From: Crassostrea angulata | Lineage: Eukaryota | DNA length: 64,000 bases | Assembly (NCBI RefSeq): GCF_025612915.1 | Contig: NC_069115.1 | Span: 25,855,757 to 25,919,756, forward strand | Direction of reading: 5' to 3' | Part shown: positions 12,942 to 27,000 of the stretch, piece by piece | Layout: each line of letters opens with the position of its first letter | Numbering within the stretch: position 1 is the first letter of the stretch | Translations under genes and position numbers: made by a program | The notes under the pieces: generated by a model | Seen by the model: only the letters and a program-made list of their open reading frames with translations | Database searches by the model: none | What the model was told of the DNA's origin: nothing

Positions 12942-15900
12942 GGATGCTTCCATTTTAATTTGAGCTTTCCTGGCGTCATAGTTTTTGAGAAGAAAGTTTA
13001 AAGATTTTCTCTATATATTCCTATGTAAAACTTGATCCCCCTACTGTGGCCCTACCCTACCCCCGGGGACCATGATTTGAACAAACTAAAATCTACACTA
13101 CCTGAGGATGCTTCCATTTTAATTTGAGCTTTCCTGGCGTCAAAGTTTTTGAGAAGAAAGTTTAAAGATTTTCTGTATATATTCTTAAGTAAAAATTGAT
13201 CCCCCTACTGTGGCCCAACCCTACTCCCGGGGACCATGATTTGAACAAACTAAAATCTACACTACCTGAGGATGCTTCCATTTTAATTTGAGCTTTTCTG
13301 GCGTCATAGTTTTTGAGAAGAAAGTTTACAGATTTTTTCTATATATTCCTATGTAAAACTTGATCCCCCTACTGTGGCCCTACCCTACCCCCGGGGACCA
13401 TGATTTGAACAAACTTAAATCTACACTACCTGAGGATGCTTCCATTTTAATTTGAGTTTTCTTGGCGCCATAGTTTTTTAGAAGAATGTTTAAAGATTTT
13501 CTCTATATATTCCTATGTAAAACTTGATCCCCCTACTGTGGCTCAACCCTACCCCCGGGGACCATGATTTGAACAAACTAGAATCTACACTACCTGACGA
13601 TAATTCCATTTTAATTTGAGCTTTCCTTGCGTCATAGTTTTTGAGAAGAAAGTCTACAGATTTTCTCTATATATTCCTAAGTAAAACTTGATCCCCCTAC
13701 TGTGGCCCAATCCTACCCCCGGGGACCATGATTTGAACAAACTAAAATCTATACTACCTGAGGATGCTTCCATTTTAATTTGAGCTTTCCTGGCGTCATA
13801 GTTTCTGAGAAGAAAGTTTAAAGATTTTCTCTATATATTCCTATGTAAAACTTGATCCCCCTACTGTGGCCCTACCCTACCCCCGGGGACCATAATTTGA
13901 ACAAACTAAAATCTACACTACCTGAGGATGTTTCCATTTTAATTTCAGCTTTCCTGGCGTCATAGTTTTTTTGATGAATGTTTAAAGATTTTCTCTATAT
14001 ATTCCTTAGTAAAACTTGATCCCCCTACTGTGGCCCTACCCTACCCCCGGGGACCATGATTTGAACAAACTAAAATCTACACTACCTGAGGATGCTTCCA
14101 TTTTAATTTGAGCTTTCCTGTTGTCATAGTTTTTGAGAAGAAAGTCTAAAGATTTTTTCTATATATTTCTATGTAAAACTTGATCCCCCTACTGTGGCCC
14201 TACGCTACCCCCGGGGACCATGATTTGAACAAACTAAAATCTACACTACCTGAGGATGCTTCCATTTTAATTTGAGCTTTCCTGGCGTCATAGTTTTTGA
14301 AAAAATTTTAAAGATTTTCTCTATATATTCCTATGTAAAACTTGATCCCCCTACTGTGGCCCTACCCTACCCCTGGGGACTATGATTTGAACAAACTAAA
14401 ATCTACACTACCTGAGGTTGCTTCCATTTAAATTTGAGCTTTCCTGGCGTCATTGTTTTTGAGAAGAAAGTTTACAGATTTTCTCTATATATTCCTATGT
14501 AAAAGTTGATCCCCCTACTGTGGCCCAAACCTACCCCCGGGGACCATGATTTGAACAAACTAAAATCTACACTACCTGAGGATGCTTCCATTTTAATTTG
14601 AGCTTTCCTGGCGTCATAGTTTTTTTGATGAATGTTTAAAGATTTTCTCTATATATTCCTAAGTAAAACTTGATCCCCCTACTGTGGCCCAAATCTACCC
14701 CCGGGGACCATGATTTGAACAAACTAAAATCTACACTACCTGAGGATGCTTCCATTTTAATTTGAGCTTTCCTGTCGTCATAGTTTTTTAGAAGAAAGTC
14801 TAAAGATTTTCTCTATATATTTCTATGTAAAACTTGATCCCCCCACTGTGGCCCTACCCTACCCCCGGGGACCATGTTTTGAACAAACTAAAATCTACAC
14901 TACCTGAGGATGTTTCCATTTTAATTTGAGCTTTCCTGGCGTCATAGTTTTTGAGAAGAAAGTTTAAAGATTTTTTGTATATATTCCTAAGTAAAACTTG
15001 ATCCCCCTACTGTGGCCCTACCCTACATCCGGGGACCATGATTTGAACAAACAAGAATATTCACTACCTGAGGATGCTTCCATTTTAATTTGAGCTTTCC
15101 TGGCGTCATAGTTTTTGAGAAGAAAGTTTAAAGATTTTCTGTATATATTCTTAAGTAAAAATTGATCCCCCTACTGTGGCCCAACCCTACCCCCGGGGAC
15201 CATGATTTGAACAAACTAAAATCTAAACTACCTGAGGATGCTTCCATTTTAATTTGAGCTTTCCTGGCGTCATAGTTTTTGAGAAGAAAGTTGACAGATT
15301 TTCTCTATATATTCCTATGTAAAACTTGATCCCCCTACTGTGGCCCTACCCTACCCCCGGGGACCATGATTTGAACAAACTAAAATCTACACTACCTGAG
15401 GATGCTTCCATTTTAATTTGAGCTTTCTTGGCGCCATAGTTTTTTAGAAGAATGTTTAAAGATTTTCTCTATATATTCCTATGTAAAACTTGATCCCCCT
15501 ACTGTGGCTCAACCCTACCCCCGGGGACCATGATTTGAACAAACTAGAATCTACACTACCTGACGATAATTCCATTTTAATTTGAGCTTTCCTTGCGTCA
15601 TAGTTTTTGAGAAGAAAGTTTACAGATTTTCTCTAAATATTCCTAAGTAAAACTTGATCCCCCTACTGTGGCCCAACCCTACCCCCGGGGACCATGATTT
15701 GAACAAACTAAAATCTACACTACCTGAGGATGCTTCCATTTTAATTTGAGCATTCCTGGCGTCATAGTTTTTTTGATGAATGTTTAAAGATTTTCTCTAT
15801 ATATTCCTAAGTAAAACTTGATCCCCCTACTGTGGCCCAAATCTACCCCCGGGGACCATGATTTGAACAAACTAAAATCTACACTACCTGAGGATGCTTC

Positions 15901-18900
15901 CATTTTAATTTGAGCTTTCCTGTCGTCATAGTTTTTTAGAAGAAAGTCTAAATATTTTCTCTATATATTTCTATGTAAAACTTAATCCCCCTACTGTGGC
16001 CCTACCCTACCCCCGGGGACCATGTTTTGAACAAACTTAAATCTACACTACCTGAGGATGCTTCCATTTTAATTTGAGCTTTCCTGGCGTCATAGTTTTT
16101 GAGAAGAAAGTTTAAAGATTTTTTGTATATATTCCTAAGTAAAACTTGATCCCCCTACTGTGGCCCTACCCTACATCCGGGGACCATGATTTGAACAAAC
16201 TAGAATCTACACTACCTGACGATAATTCCATTTTAATTTGAGCTTTCCTTGCGTCATAGTTTTTGAGAAGAAAGTTTACAGATTTTCTCTATATATTCCT
16301 ATGTAAAACTTGATCCCCCTACTGTGGCCCAACCCTACCCCCGGGGACCATGATTTGAACAAACTAAAATCTATACTACCTGAGGATGCTTCCATTTTAA
16401 TTTGAGCTTTCCTGGCGTCATAGTTTTTGAGAAGAAAGTTTAAAGATTTTCTCTATATATTCCTAAGTAAAACTTGATCCCCCTACTGTGGCCCAAATCT
16501 ACCCCCGGGGACCATGATTTGAACAAACTTAAATCTACACTACCTGAGGATGCTTCCATTTTAATTTGAGCTTTCCTGGCGTCATAGTTTTTGAGAAGAA
16601 AGTTTAAAGATTTTTTGTATATATTCCTAAGTAAAACTTGATCCCCCTACTGTGGCCCTACCCTACATCCGGGGACCATGATTTGAACAAACTAGAATCT
16701 ACACTACCTGACGATAATTCCATTTTAATTTGAGCTTTCCTTGCGTCATAGTTTTTGAGAAGAAAGTTTACAGATTTTCTCTATATATTCCTATGTAAAA
16801 CTTGATCCCCCTACTGTGGCCCAACCCTACCCCCGGGGACCATGATTTGAACAAACTAAAATCTATACTACCTGAGGATGCTTCCATTTTAATTTGAGCT
16901 TTCCTGGCGTCATAGTTTTTGAGAAGAAAGTTTAAAGATTTTCTCTATATATTCCTATGTAAAACTTGATCCCCCTACTGTGGCCCTACCCTACCCCCCG
17001 GGGACCATAATTTGAACAAACTAAAATCTACACTACCTGAGGATGCTTCCATTTTAATTTCAGCTTTCCTGGCGTCATAGTTTTTTTGATGAATGTTTAA
17101 TGATTTTCTCTATATATTCCTAAGTAAAACTTGATCCCCCTACTGTGGCCCAAACCTACCCCCGGGGACCATGATTTGAACAAACTAAAATCTACACTAC
17201 CTGAGGATGCTTCCATTTTAATTTGAGCTTTCCTGTTGTCATAGTTTTTGAGAAGAAAGTCTAAAGATTTTTTCTATATATTCCTATGTAAAACTTGATC
17301 CCCCTACTGTGGCCCTACCCTACCCCCGGGGACCATGATTTGAACAAACTAAAATCTACACTACCTGAGGATGCTTCCATTTTAATTTGAGCTTTCCTGG
17401 CGTCATAGTTTTTGAAAAAAGTTTAAAGATTTTCTCTATATATTCCTATGTAAAACTTGATCCCCCTACTGTGGCCCTACCCTACCCCTGGGGACTATGA
17501 TTTGAACAAACTAAAATCTACACTACCTGAGGTTGCTTCCATTTTAATTTGAGCTTTCCTGGCGTCATTGTTTTTGAGAAGAAAGTTTAGAGATTTTCTC
17601 TATATATTCCTATGTAAAACTTGATCCCCCTACTGTGGCCCAACCCTACCCCCGGGGACCATGTTTTGAACAAACTAAAATCTACACTACCTGAGGATGC
17701 TTCCATTTTAATTTGAGCTTTCCTGTCGTCATAGTTTTTTAGAAGAAAGTCTAAAGATTTTCTCTATATATTTCTATGTAAAACTTGATCCCCCCACTGT
17801 GGCCCTGCCCTACCCCCGGGGACCATGTTTTGAACAAACTAAAATCTACACTACCTGAGGATGTTTCCATTTTAATTTGAGCTTTCCTGGCGTCATAGTT
17901 TTTGAGAAGAAAGTTTAAAGATTTTTTGTATATATTCCTAAGTAAAACTTGATCCCCCTACTGTGGCCCTACCCTACATCCGGGGACCATGATTTGAACA
18001 AACAAGAATATTCACTACCTGAGGATGCTTCCATTTTAATTTGAGCTTTCCTGGCGTCATAGTTTTTGAGAAGAAAGTTTAAAGATTTTCTGTATATATT
18101 CTTAAGTAAAAATTGATCCCCCTACTGTGGCCCAACCCTACCCCCGGGGACCATGATTTGAACAAACTAAAATCTACACTACCTGAGGATGCTTTCATTT
18201 TAATTTGAGCTTTCCTGGCGTCATAGTTTTTGAGAAGAAAGTTGACAGATTTTCTCTATATATTCCTATGTAAAACTTGATCCCCCTACTGTGGCCCTAC
18301 ACTACCCCCGGGGACCATGATTTGAACAAACTAAAATCTACACTACCTGAGGATGCTTCCATTTTAATTTGAGCTTTCTTGGCGCCATAGTTTTTTAGAG
18401 GAATGTTTAAAGATTTTCTCTATATATTCCTATGTAAAACTTGATCCCCCTACTGTGGCTCAACCCTACCCCCGGGGACCATGATTTGAACAAACTAGAA
18501 TCTACACTACCTGACGATAATTCCATTTTAATTTGAGCTTTCCTTGCGTCATAGTTTTTGAGAAGAAAGTTTACAGATTTTCTCTATATATTCCTAAGTA
18601 AAACTTGATCCCCCTACTGTGACCCAACCCTACCCCCGGGGACCATGATTTGAACAAACTAAAATCTATACTACCTGAGGATGCTTCCATTTTAATTTGA
18701 GCTTTCCTGGCGTCATAGTTTTTGAGAAGAAAGTTGACAGATTTTCTCTATATATTCCTATGTAAAACTTGATCCCCCTACTGTGGCCCTACCCTACCCC
18801 CGGGGACCATGATTTGAACAAACTAAAATCTACACTACCTGAGGATGCTTCCATTTTAATTTGAGCTTTCCTGGCGTCATAGTTTTTTTGATGAATGTTT

Positions 18901-20613
18901 AAAGATTTCCTCTATATATTCCTAAGTAAAACTTGATCCCCCTACTGTGGCCCAAACCTACCCCCGGGGACCATGATTTGAACAAACTAAAATCTACACT
19001 ACCTGAGGATGCTTCCATTTTTAATTTGAGCTTTCCTGGCGTCATAGTTTTTGAAAAAAGTTTAAAGATTTTCTCTATATATTCCTATGTAAAACTTGAT
19101 CCCCCTACTGTGGCCCAACCCTACCCCCGGGGACCATGATTTGAACAAACTAAAATCTACACTACCTGAGGATGCTTCCATTTTAATTTGAGCTTTCCTG
19201 GCGTCATAGTTTTTTTGATGAATGTTTAAAGATTTTCTCTATATATTCCTATGTAAAACTTGATCCCCCTACTGTGGCCCAAATCTACCCCCGGGGACCA
19301 TGATTTGAACAAACTAAAATCTACACTACCTGAGGATGCTTCCATTTTAATTTGAGCTTTCCTGTCGTCATAGTTTTTTAGAAGAAAGTCTAAAGATTTT
19401 CTCTATATATTTCTATGTAAAACTTGATCCCCCTACTGTGGCCCTACCCTACCCCCGGGGACCATGTTTTGAACAAACTTAAATCTACACTACCTGAGGA
19501 TGCTTCCATTTTAATTTGAGCTTTCCTGGCGTCATAGTTTTTGAGAAGAAAGTTTAAAGATTTTTTGTATATATTCCTAAGTAAAACTTGATCCCCCTAC
19601 TGTGGCCCTACCCTACATCCGGGGACCATGATTTGAACAAACAAGAAAATTCACTTCCTGAGGATGCTTCCATTTTAATTTGAGCTTTCCTGGCGTCATA
19701 GTTTTTGAGAAGAAAGTTTAAAGATTTTCTCTATATATTCCTATGTAAAACTTGATCCCCCTACTGTGGCCCAACTCTACCCCCGGGGACCATGATTTGA
19801 ACAAACTAAAATCTATACTACCAGAGGATACTTACATTTTAATTTGAGCTTTCCTGGCGTCATAGTTTTTGAGAAGAAAGTTGACAGATTTTCTCTATAT
19901 ATTCCTATGTAAAACTTGATCCCCCTACTGTGGCCCTACCCTACCCCCGGGGACCATAATTTGAACAAACAAGAATATTCACTTTCTGATAATGCTTCCA
20001 TTTTAATTTGAGCTTTCCTGGCGTCATAGTTTTTGAAAAGAAAGTTTACAGATTTTCTCTATATATTCTTATGTAAAACTTGATCCCCCTACTGTGGCCC
20101 AATCCTACCCCCGGGGACCATGATTTGAACAAACTAAAATCTACACTACCTGAGGATGCTTCCATTTTAATTTGAGCTTTCTTGGCGTCATAGTTTTTGA
20201 GAAGAAAGTTTAAAGATTTTCTCTATACATTCCTATGTAAAAGTTGAACCCGTACTGTGGCCCAAACCTACGCCCCCGGGGACCATGATTTGAACAAACT
20301 AAAATCTTCTCTACCTGAGGATGCTTCCATTTTAATTTGAGCTTTCCTGGCGCCATAGTTTTTGAGAAGAAAGTTTAAAGATTTTCTCTATATATTCCTA
20401 TGTAAAACTTGATCCCCCTACTGTGGCCCAACCCTACCCCCGGGGACCATGATTTGAACAAAATAAAACCTACACTACCTGAGGATGCTTCCATTTTAAT
20501 TTGAGCTTTCCTGGCGTCATTGTTTTTGAGAAGAAAGTTTACAGATTTTCTCTATATATTCCTATGTAAAACTTGATCCCCCTACTGTGCAAACTAAAAT
20601 CTATGCTACCTGA
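12942..20613. repeat. Copy 2 of the ~7.67-kb tandem duplication
   Basis: See copy 1. Confidence 0.85.
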
Positions 20614-23600
20614 GGATGCTTCCATTTTAATTTGAGCTTTCCTGGCGTCATAGTTTTTTTGAAGAATGTTTAAAGATTTTCTCTATATATTCCTAAGTAA
20701 AACTTGATCCCCCTACTGTGGCCCAACCCTACCCCTGGGGACCATGATTTGAACAAACTAAAATCTACACTACCTGAGGATGCTTCCATTTTAATTTGAG
20801 CTTTCCTGTTGTCATAGTTTTTTTGGAAGAAAGTCTAAAGATTTTCTCTATATTTCTAAGTAAAACTTGAACCCCATACTGTGGCCCTACTCTACATCCG
20901 GGGACCATGATTTGAACAAACTAAAATCTACACTACCTGAGGATGCTTCCATTTTAATTTCAGCTTTCCTGGCGTCATTGTGTTTCTGAAGAAAGTTTTA
21001 AGATTTTCTCTATATATTCCTATGTAAAACTTGATCCCCCTACTGTGGCCCAACCCTACCCCCGGGGACCATGATTTGAACAAACTAAAATCTACACTAC
21101 CTGAGGATGCTTCCATTTTAATTTCAGCTTTCCTGGCGCCATAGTTTTTTAGAAGAATGTTTAAAGATTTTCTCTATATATTCCTAAGTAAAACTTGATC
21201 CCCCTACTGTGGCCCAACCCTACCCCCTGGGACCATGATTTGAACAAACTAAAATCTACACTACCTGAGGATGCTTCCATTTTAATTTGAGCTTTCCTGG
21301 CGTCATAGTGTTTCAGAAGAAAGTTTACAGATTTTCTCTATATATTCCTATATAAAACTTGATCCCCCTACTGTGGCCCAACCCTACCCCCGGGGACTAT
21401 GATTTGAACAGACTAAAATCTACACTACCTGAGGATGCTTCCATTTTAATTTCAGCTTTCCTGGCGTCATAGTGTTTGAGAAGAAAGTTTACAGATTTTC
21501 TCTATATATTCCTATATAAAAATTGATCCCCCTACTGTGGCCCAAATCTACCCCCGGGGACCATGATTTGAACAAACTAAAATCTACACTACCTGAGGAT
21601 GCTTCCTTTTTAATTTGAGCTTTCCTGTCGTCATAGTTTTTTAGAAGAAAGTCTAAAGATTTTCTCTATATATTTCTATGTAAAACTTGATCCCCCTACT
21701 GTGGCCCTACCCTACCCCCGGGGACCATGATTTGAACAAACTAAAATCTTTACTACCTGAGGATGCTTCCATTTTAATTTGAGCTTTCCTGGCGTCATAG
21801 TTTTTGAGAAGAAAGTTTAAAGATTTTCTGTATATATTCCTATGTAAAACTTGATCCCCCTACTGTGGCCCTACCCTACCCCCGGGGACCATGATTTGAA
21901 CAAACTAAAATCTACACTACCTGAGGATGCTTCCATTTTAATTTGAGCTTTCCTGGCGTCATAGTTTTTGAGAAGAAATATTACAGATTTTCTCTATATA
22001 TTCCTATGTAAAACTTGATCCCCCTACTGTGGCCCTACCCTACCCCCGGGGACCATGATTTGAACAAACTAAAATCTACACTACCTGAGGATGCTTCCAT
22101 TTTAATTTGAGCTTTCCTGTTGTCATAGTTTTTTTGGAAGAAAGTCTAAAGATTTTCTCTATAAATTCCTTTGTAAAACTTGATCCCCCTACTGTGGCCC
22201 TACCCTACCCCTGGGGACCATAATTTGAACAAACTAAAATCTACACTACCTGAGGATGCTTCCATTTTAATTTGAGCTTTCCTGGGGTCATAGTTTTTGA
22301 GAAGAAAGTTTACAGATTTTCTCTATATATTCCTATGTAAAACTTGATCCCCCTACTGTGGCCCTACCCTACCCCCGGGGACCATGATTTGAACAAACTA
22401 AAATCTACACTACCTGAGGATGCTTCCATTTTAATTTGAGCTTTCCTGGCGTCATAGTTTTTTTGATGAATGTTTAAAGATTTTCTCTATATATTCCTAA
22501 GTAAAACTTGATCCCCCTACTGTGGCCCAAATCTACCCCCGGGGACCATGATTTGAACAAACTAAAATCTACACTACCTGAGGATGCTTCCATTTTAATT
22601 TGAGCTTTCCTGTCGTCATAGTTTTTTAGAAGAAAGTCTAAAGATTTTCTCTATATATTTCTATGTAAAACTTGATCCCCCTACTGTGGCCCTACCCTAC
22701 CCCCGGGGACCATGTTTTGAACAAACTTAAATCTACACTACCTGAGGATGCTTCCATTTTAATTTGAGCTTTCCTGGCGTCATAGTTTTTTTGAAGAATG
22801 TTTAAAGATTTTCTCTATATATTCCTAAGTAAAACTTGATCCCCCTACTGTGGCCCTACCCTACATCCGGGGACCATGATTTGAACAAACAAGAATATTC
22901 ACTTCCTGAGGATGCTTCCATTTTAATTTGAGCTTTCCTGGCGTCATAGTTTTTGAGAAGAAAGTTTAAAGATTTTCTCTATATATTCCTATGTAAAACT
23001 TGATCCCCCTACTGTGGCCCAACTCTACCCCCGGGGACCATGATTTGAACAAACTAAAATCTATACTACCAGAGGATACTTACATTTTAATTTGAGCTTT
23101 CCTGGCGTCATAGTTTTTGAGAAGAAAGTTGACAGATTTTCTCTATATATTCCTATGTAAAACTTGATCCCCCTACTGTGGCCCTACCCTACCCCCGGGG
23201 ACCATAATTTGAACAAACAAGAATATTCACTTTCTGATAATGCTTCCATTTTAATTTGAGCTTTCCTGGCGTCATAGTTTTTGAAAAGAAAGTTTACAGA
23301 TTTTCTCTATATATTCTTATGTAAAACTTGATCCCCCTACTGTGGCCCAACCCTACCCCCGGGGACCATGATTTGAACAAACTAAAATCTACACTACCTG
23401 AGGATGCTTCCATTTTAATTTGAGCTTTCTTGGCGTCATAGTTTTTGAGAAGAAAGTTTAAAGATTTTCTCTATACATTCCTATGTAAAAGTTGAACCCG
23501 TACTGTGGCCCAAACCTACGCCCCCGGGGACCATGATTTGAACAAACTAAAATCTTCTCTACCTGAGGATGCTTCCATTTTAATTTGAGCTTTCCTGGCG

Positions 23601-26600
23601 CCATAGTTTTTGAGAAGAAAGTTAAAAGATTTTCTCTATATATTCCTATGTAAAACTTGATCCCCCTACTGTGGCCCAACCCTACCCCCGGGGACCATGA
23701 TTTGAACAAAATAAAACCTACACTACCTGAGGATGCTTCCATTTTAATTTGAGCTTTCCTGGCGTCATTGTTTTTGAGAAGAAAGTTTACAGATTTTCTC
23801 TATATATTCCTATGTAAAACTTGATCCCCCTACTGTGCAAACTAAAATCTATGCTACCTGAGGATGCTTCCATTTTAATTTGAGCTTTCCTGGCGTCATA
23901 GTTTTTTTGAAGAATGTTTAAAGATTTTCTCTATATATTCCTAAGTAAAACTTGATCCCCCTACTGTGGCCCAACCCTACCCCTGGGGACCATGATTTGA
24001 ACAAACTAAAATCTACACTACCTGAGGATGCTTCCATTTTAATTTGAGCTTTCCTGTTGTCATAGTTTTTTTGGAAGAAAGTCTAAAGATTTTCTCTATA
24101 TTTCTAAGTAAAACTTGAACCCCATACTGTGGCCCTACTCTACATCCGGGGACCATGATTTGAACAAACTAAAATCTACACTACCTGAGGATGCTTCCAT
24201 TTTAATTTCAGCTTTCCTGGCGTCATTGTGTTTCTGAAGAAAGTTTTAAGATTTTCTCTATATATTCCTATGTAAAACTTGATCCCCCTACTGTGGCCCA
24301 ACCCTACCCCCGGGGACCATGATTTGAACAAACTAAAATCTACACTACCTGAGGATGCTTCCATTTTAATTTCAGCTTTCCTGGCGCCATAGTTTTTTAG
24401 AAGAATGTTTAAAGATTTTCTCTATATATTCCTTAGTAAAACTTGATCCCCCTACTGTGGCCCAACCCTACCCCCTGGGACCATGATTTGAACAAACTAA
24501 AATCTACACTACCTGAGGATGCTTCCATTTTAATTTGAGCTTTCCTGGCGTCATAGTGTTTCAGAAGAAAGTTTACAGATTTTCTCTATATATTCCTATA
24601 TAAAACATGATCCCCCTACTGTGGCCCAACCCTACCCCCGGGGACCATGATTTGAACAAACTAAAATCTACACTACCTGAGGATGCTTCCATTTTAATTT
24701 GAGCTTTCCTGGCGTCATAGTGTTTGAGAAGAAAGTTGACAGATTTTCTCTATATATTCCTATATAAAAATTGATCCGCCTACTGTGGCCCAAATCTACC
24801 CCCGGGGACCATGATTTGAACAAACTAAAATCTACACTACCTGAGGATGCTTCCTTTTTAATTTGAGCTTTCCTGTCGTCATAGTTTTTTAGAAGAAAGT
24901 CTAAAGATTTTCTCTATATATTTCTATGTAAAACTTGATCCCCCTACTGTGGCCCTACCCTACCCCCGGGGACCATGATTTGAACAAACTAAAATCTTTA
25001 CTACCTGAGGATGCTTCCATTTTAATTTGAGCTTTCCTGGCGTCATAGTTTTTGAGAAGAAAGTTTAAAGATTTTCTGTATATATTCCTATGTAAAACTT
25101 GATCCCCCTACTGTGGCCCAACCCTACCCCCGGGGACCATGATTTGAACAAACTAAAATCTACACTACCTGAGGATGCTTCCATTTTAATTTGAGCTTTC
25201 CTGGCGTCATAGTTTTTGAGAAGAAAGTTTACAGATTTTCTCTATATATTCCTATGTAAAACTTGATCCCCCTACTGTGGCCCTACCCTACCCCCGGGGA
25301 CCATGATTTGAACAAACTAAAATCTACACTACCTGAGGATGCTTCCATTTTAATTTGAGCTTTCCTGTTGTCATAGTTTTTTTGGAAGAAAGTCTAAAGA
25401 TTTTCTCTATAAATTCCTTTGTAAAACTTGATCCCCCTACTGTGGCCCTACCCTACCCCTGGGGACCATAATTTGAACAAACTAAAATCTACACTACCTG
25501 AGGATGCTTCCATTTTAATTTGAGCTTTCCTGGCGTCATAGTTTTTGAGAAGAAAGTTTACAGATTTTCTCTATATATTCCTATGTAAAACTTGATCCCC
25601 CTACTGTGGGCCTACCCTACCCCCGGGGACCATGATTTGAACAAACTAAAATCTATACTACCAGAGGATACTTACATTTTAATTTGAGCTTTCCTGGCGT
25701 CATAGTTTTTGAGAAGAAAGTTGACAGATTTTCTCTATATATTCCTATGTAAAACTTGATCCCCCTACTGTGGCCCTCCCCTACCCCCGGGGACCATAAT
25801 TTGAACAAACAAGAATATTCACCTTCTGATAATGCTTCCATTTTAATTTGAGCTTTCCTGGCGTCATAGTTTTTGAAAAGAAAGTTTACAGATTTTCTCT
25901 ATATATTCTTATGTAAAACTTGATCCCCCTACTGTGGCCCAACCCTACCCCCGGGGACCATGATTTGAACAAACTAAAATCTACACTACCTGAGGATGCT
26001 TCCATTTTAATTTGAGCTTTCTTGGCGTCATAGTTTTTGAGAAGAAAGTTTAAAGATTTTCTCTATACATTCCTATGTAAAAGTTGAACCCCCTACTGTG
26101 GCCCAAACCTACGCCCCCGGGGACCATGATTTGAACAAACTAAAATCTTCTCTACCTGAGGATGCTTCCATTTTAATCTGAGCTTTCCTGGCGCCATAGT
26201 TTTTGAGAAGAAAGTTTAAAGATTTTCTCTATATATTCCTATGTAAAACTTGAGCCCCTACTGTGGCCCAACCCTACCCCCGGGGACCATGATTTGAACA
26301 AAATAAAACCTACACTACCTGAGGATGCTTCCGTTTTAATTTGAGCTTTCCTGGCGTCATTGTTTTTGAGAAGAAAGTTTACAGATTTTCTCTATATATT
26401 CCTATGTAAAACTTGATCCCCCTACTGTGCAAACTAAAATCTATGCTACCTGAGGATGCTTCCATTTTAATTTGAGCTTTCCTGGCGTCATAGTTTTTTT
26501 GAAGAATGTTTAAAGATTTTCTCTATATATTCCTAAGTAAAACTTGATCCCCCTACTGTGGCCCAACCCTACCCCTGGGGACCATGATTTGAACAAACTA

Positions 26601-27000
26601 AAATCTACACTACCTGAGGATGCTTCCATTTTAATTTGAGCTTTCCTGTTGTCATAGTTTTTTTGGAAGAAAGTCTAAAGATTTTCTCTATATTTCTAAG
26701 TAAAACTTGAACCCCATACTGTGGCCCTACTCTACATCCGGGGACCATGATTTGAACAAACTAAAATCTACACTACCTGAGGATGCTTCCATTTTAATTT
26801 CAGCTTTCCTGGCGTCATAGTGTTTCTGAAGAAAGTTTTAAGATTTTCTCTATATATTCCTATGTAAAACTTGATCCCCCTACTGTGGCCCAACACTACC
26901 CCCGGGGACCATGATTTGAACAAACTAAAATCTACACTACCTGAGGATGCTTCCATTTTAATTTGAGCTTTCCTGGCGTCATAGTGTTTCAGAAGAAAGT
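20580..27000. repeat. Region of ~3.25-kb and ~2.59-kb HOR repetition (20-mer and 16-mer)
   Basis: The truncated 131-bp marker monomer sits at 20583, 23831 and 26421, giving spacings of 3248 and 2590 bp. The 62-aa pseudo-ORFs at 20928 and 24176 are identical, and the one at 26768 is nearly so. The third copy lacks one monomer relative to the second, near 24350-24540. Confidence 0.8.
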
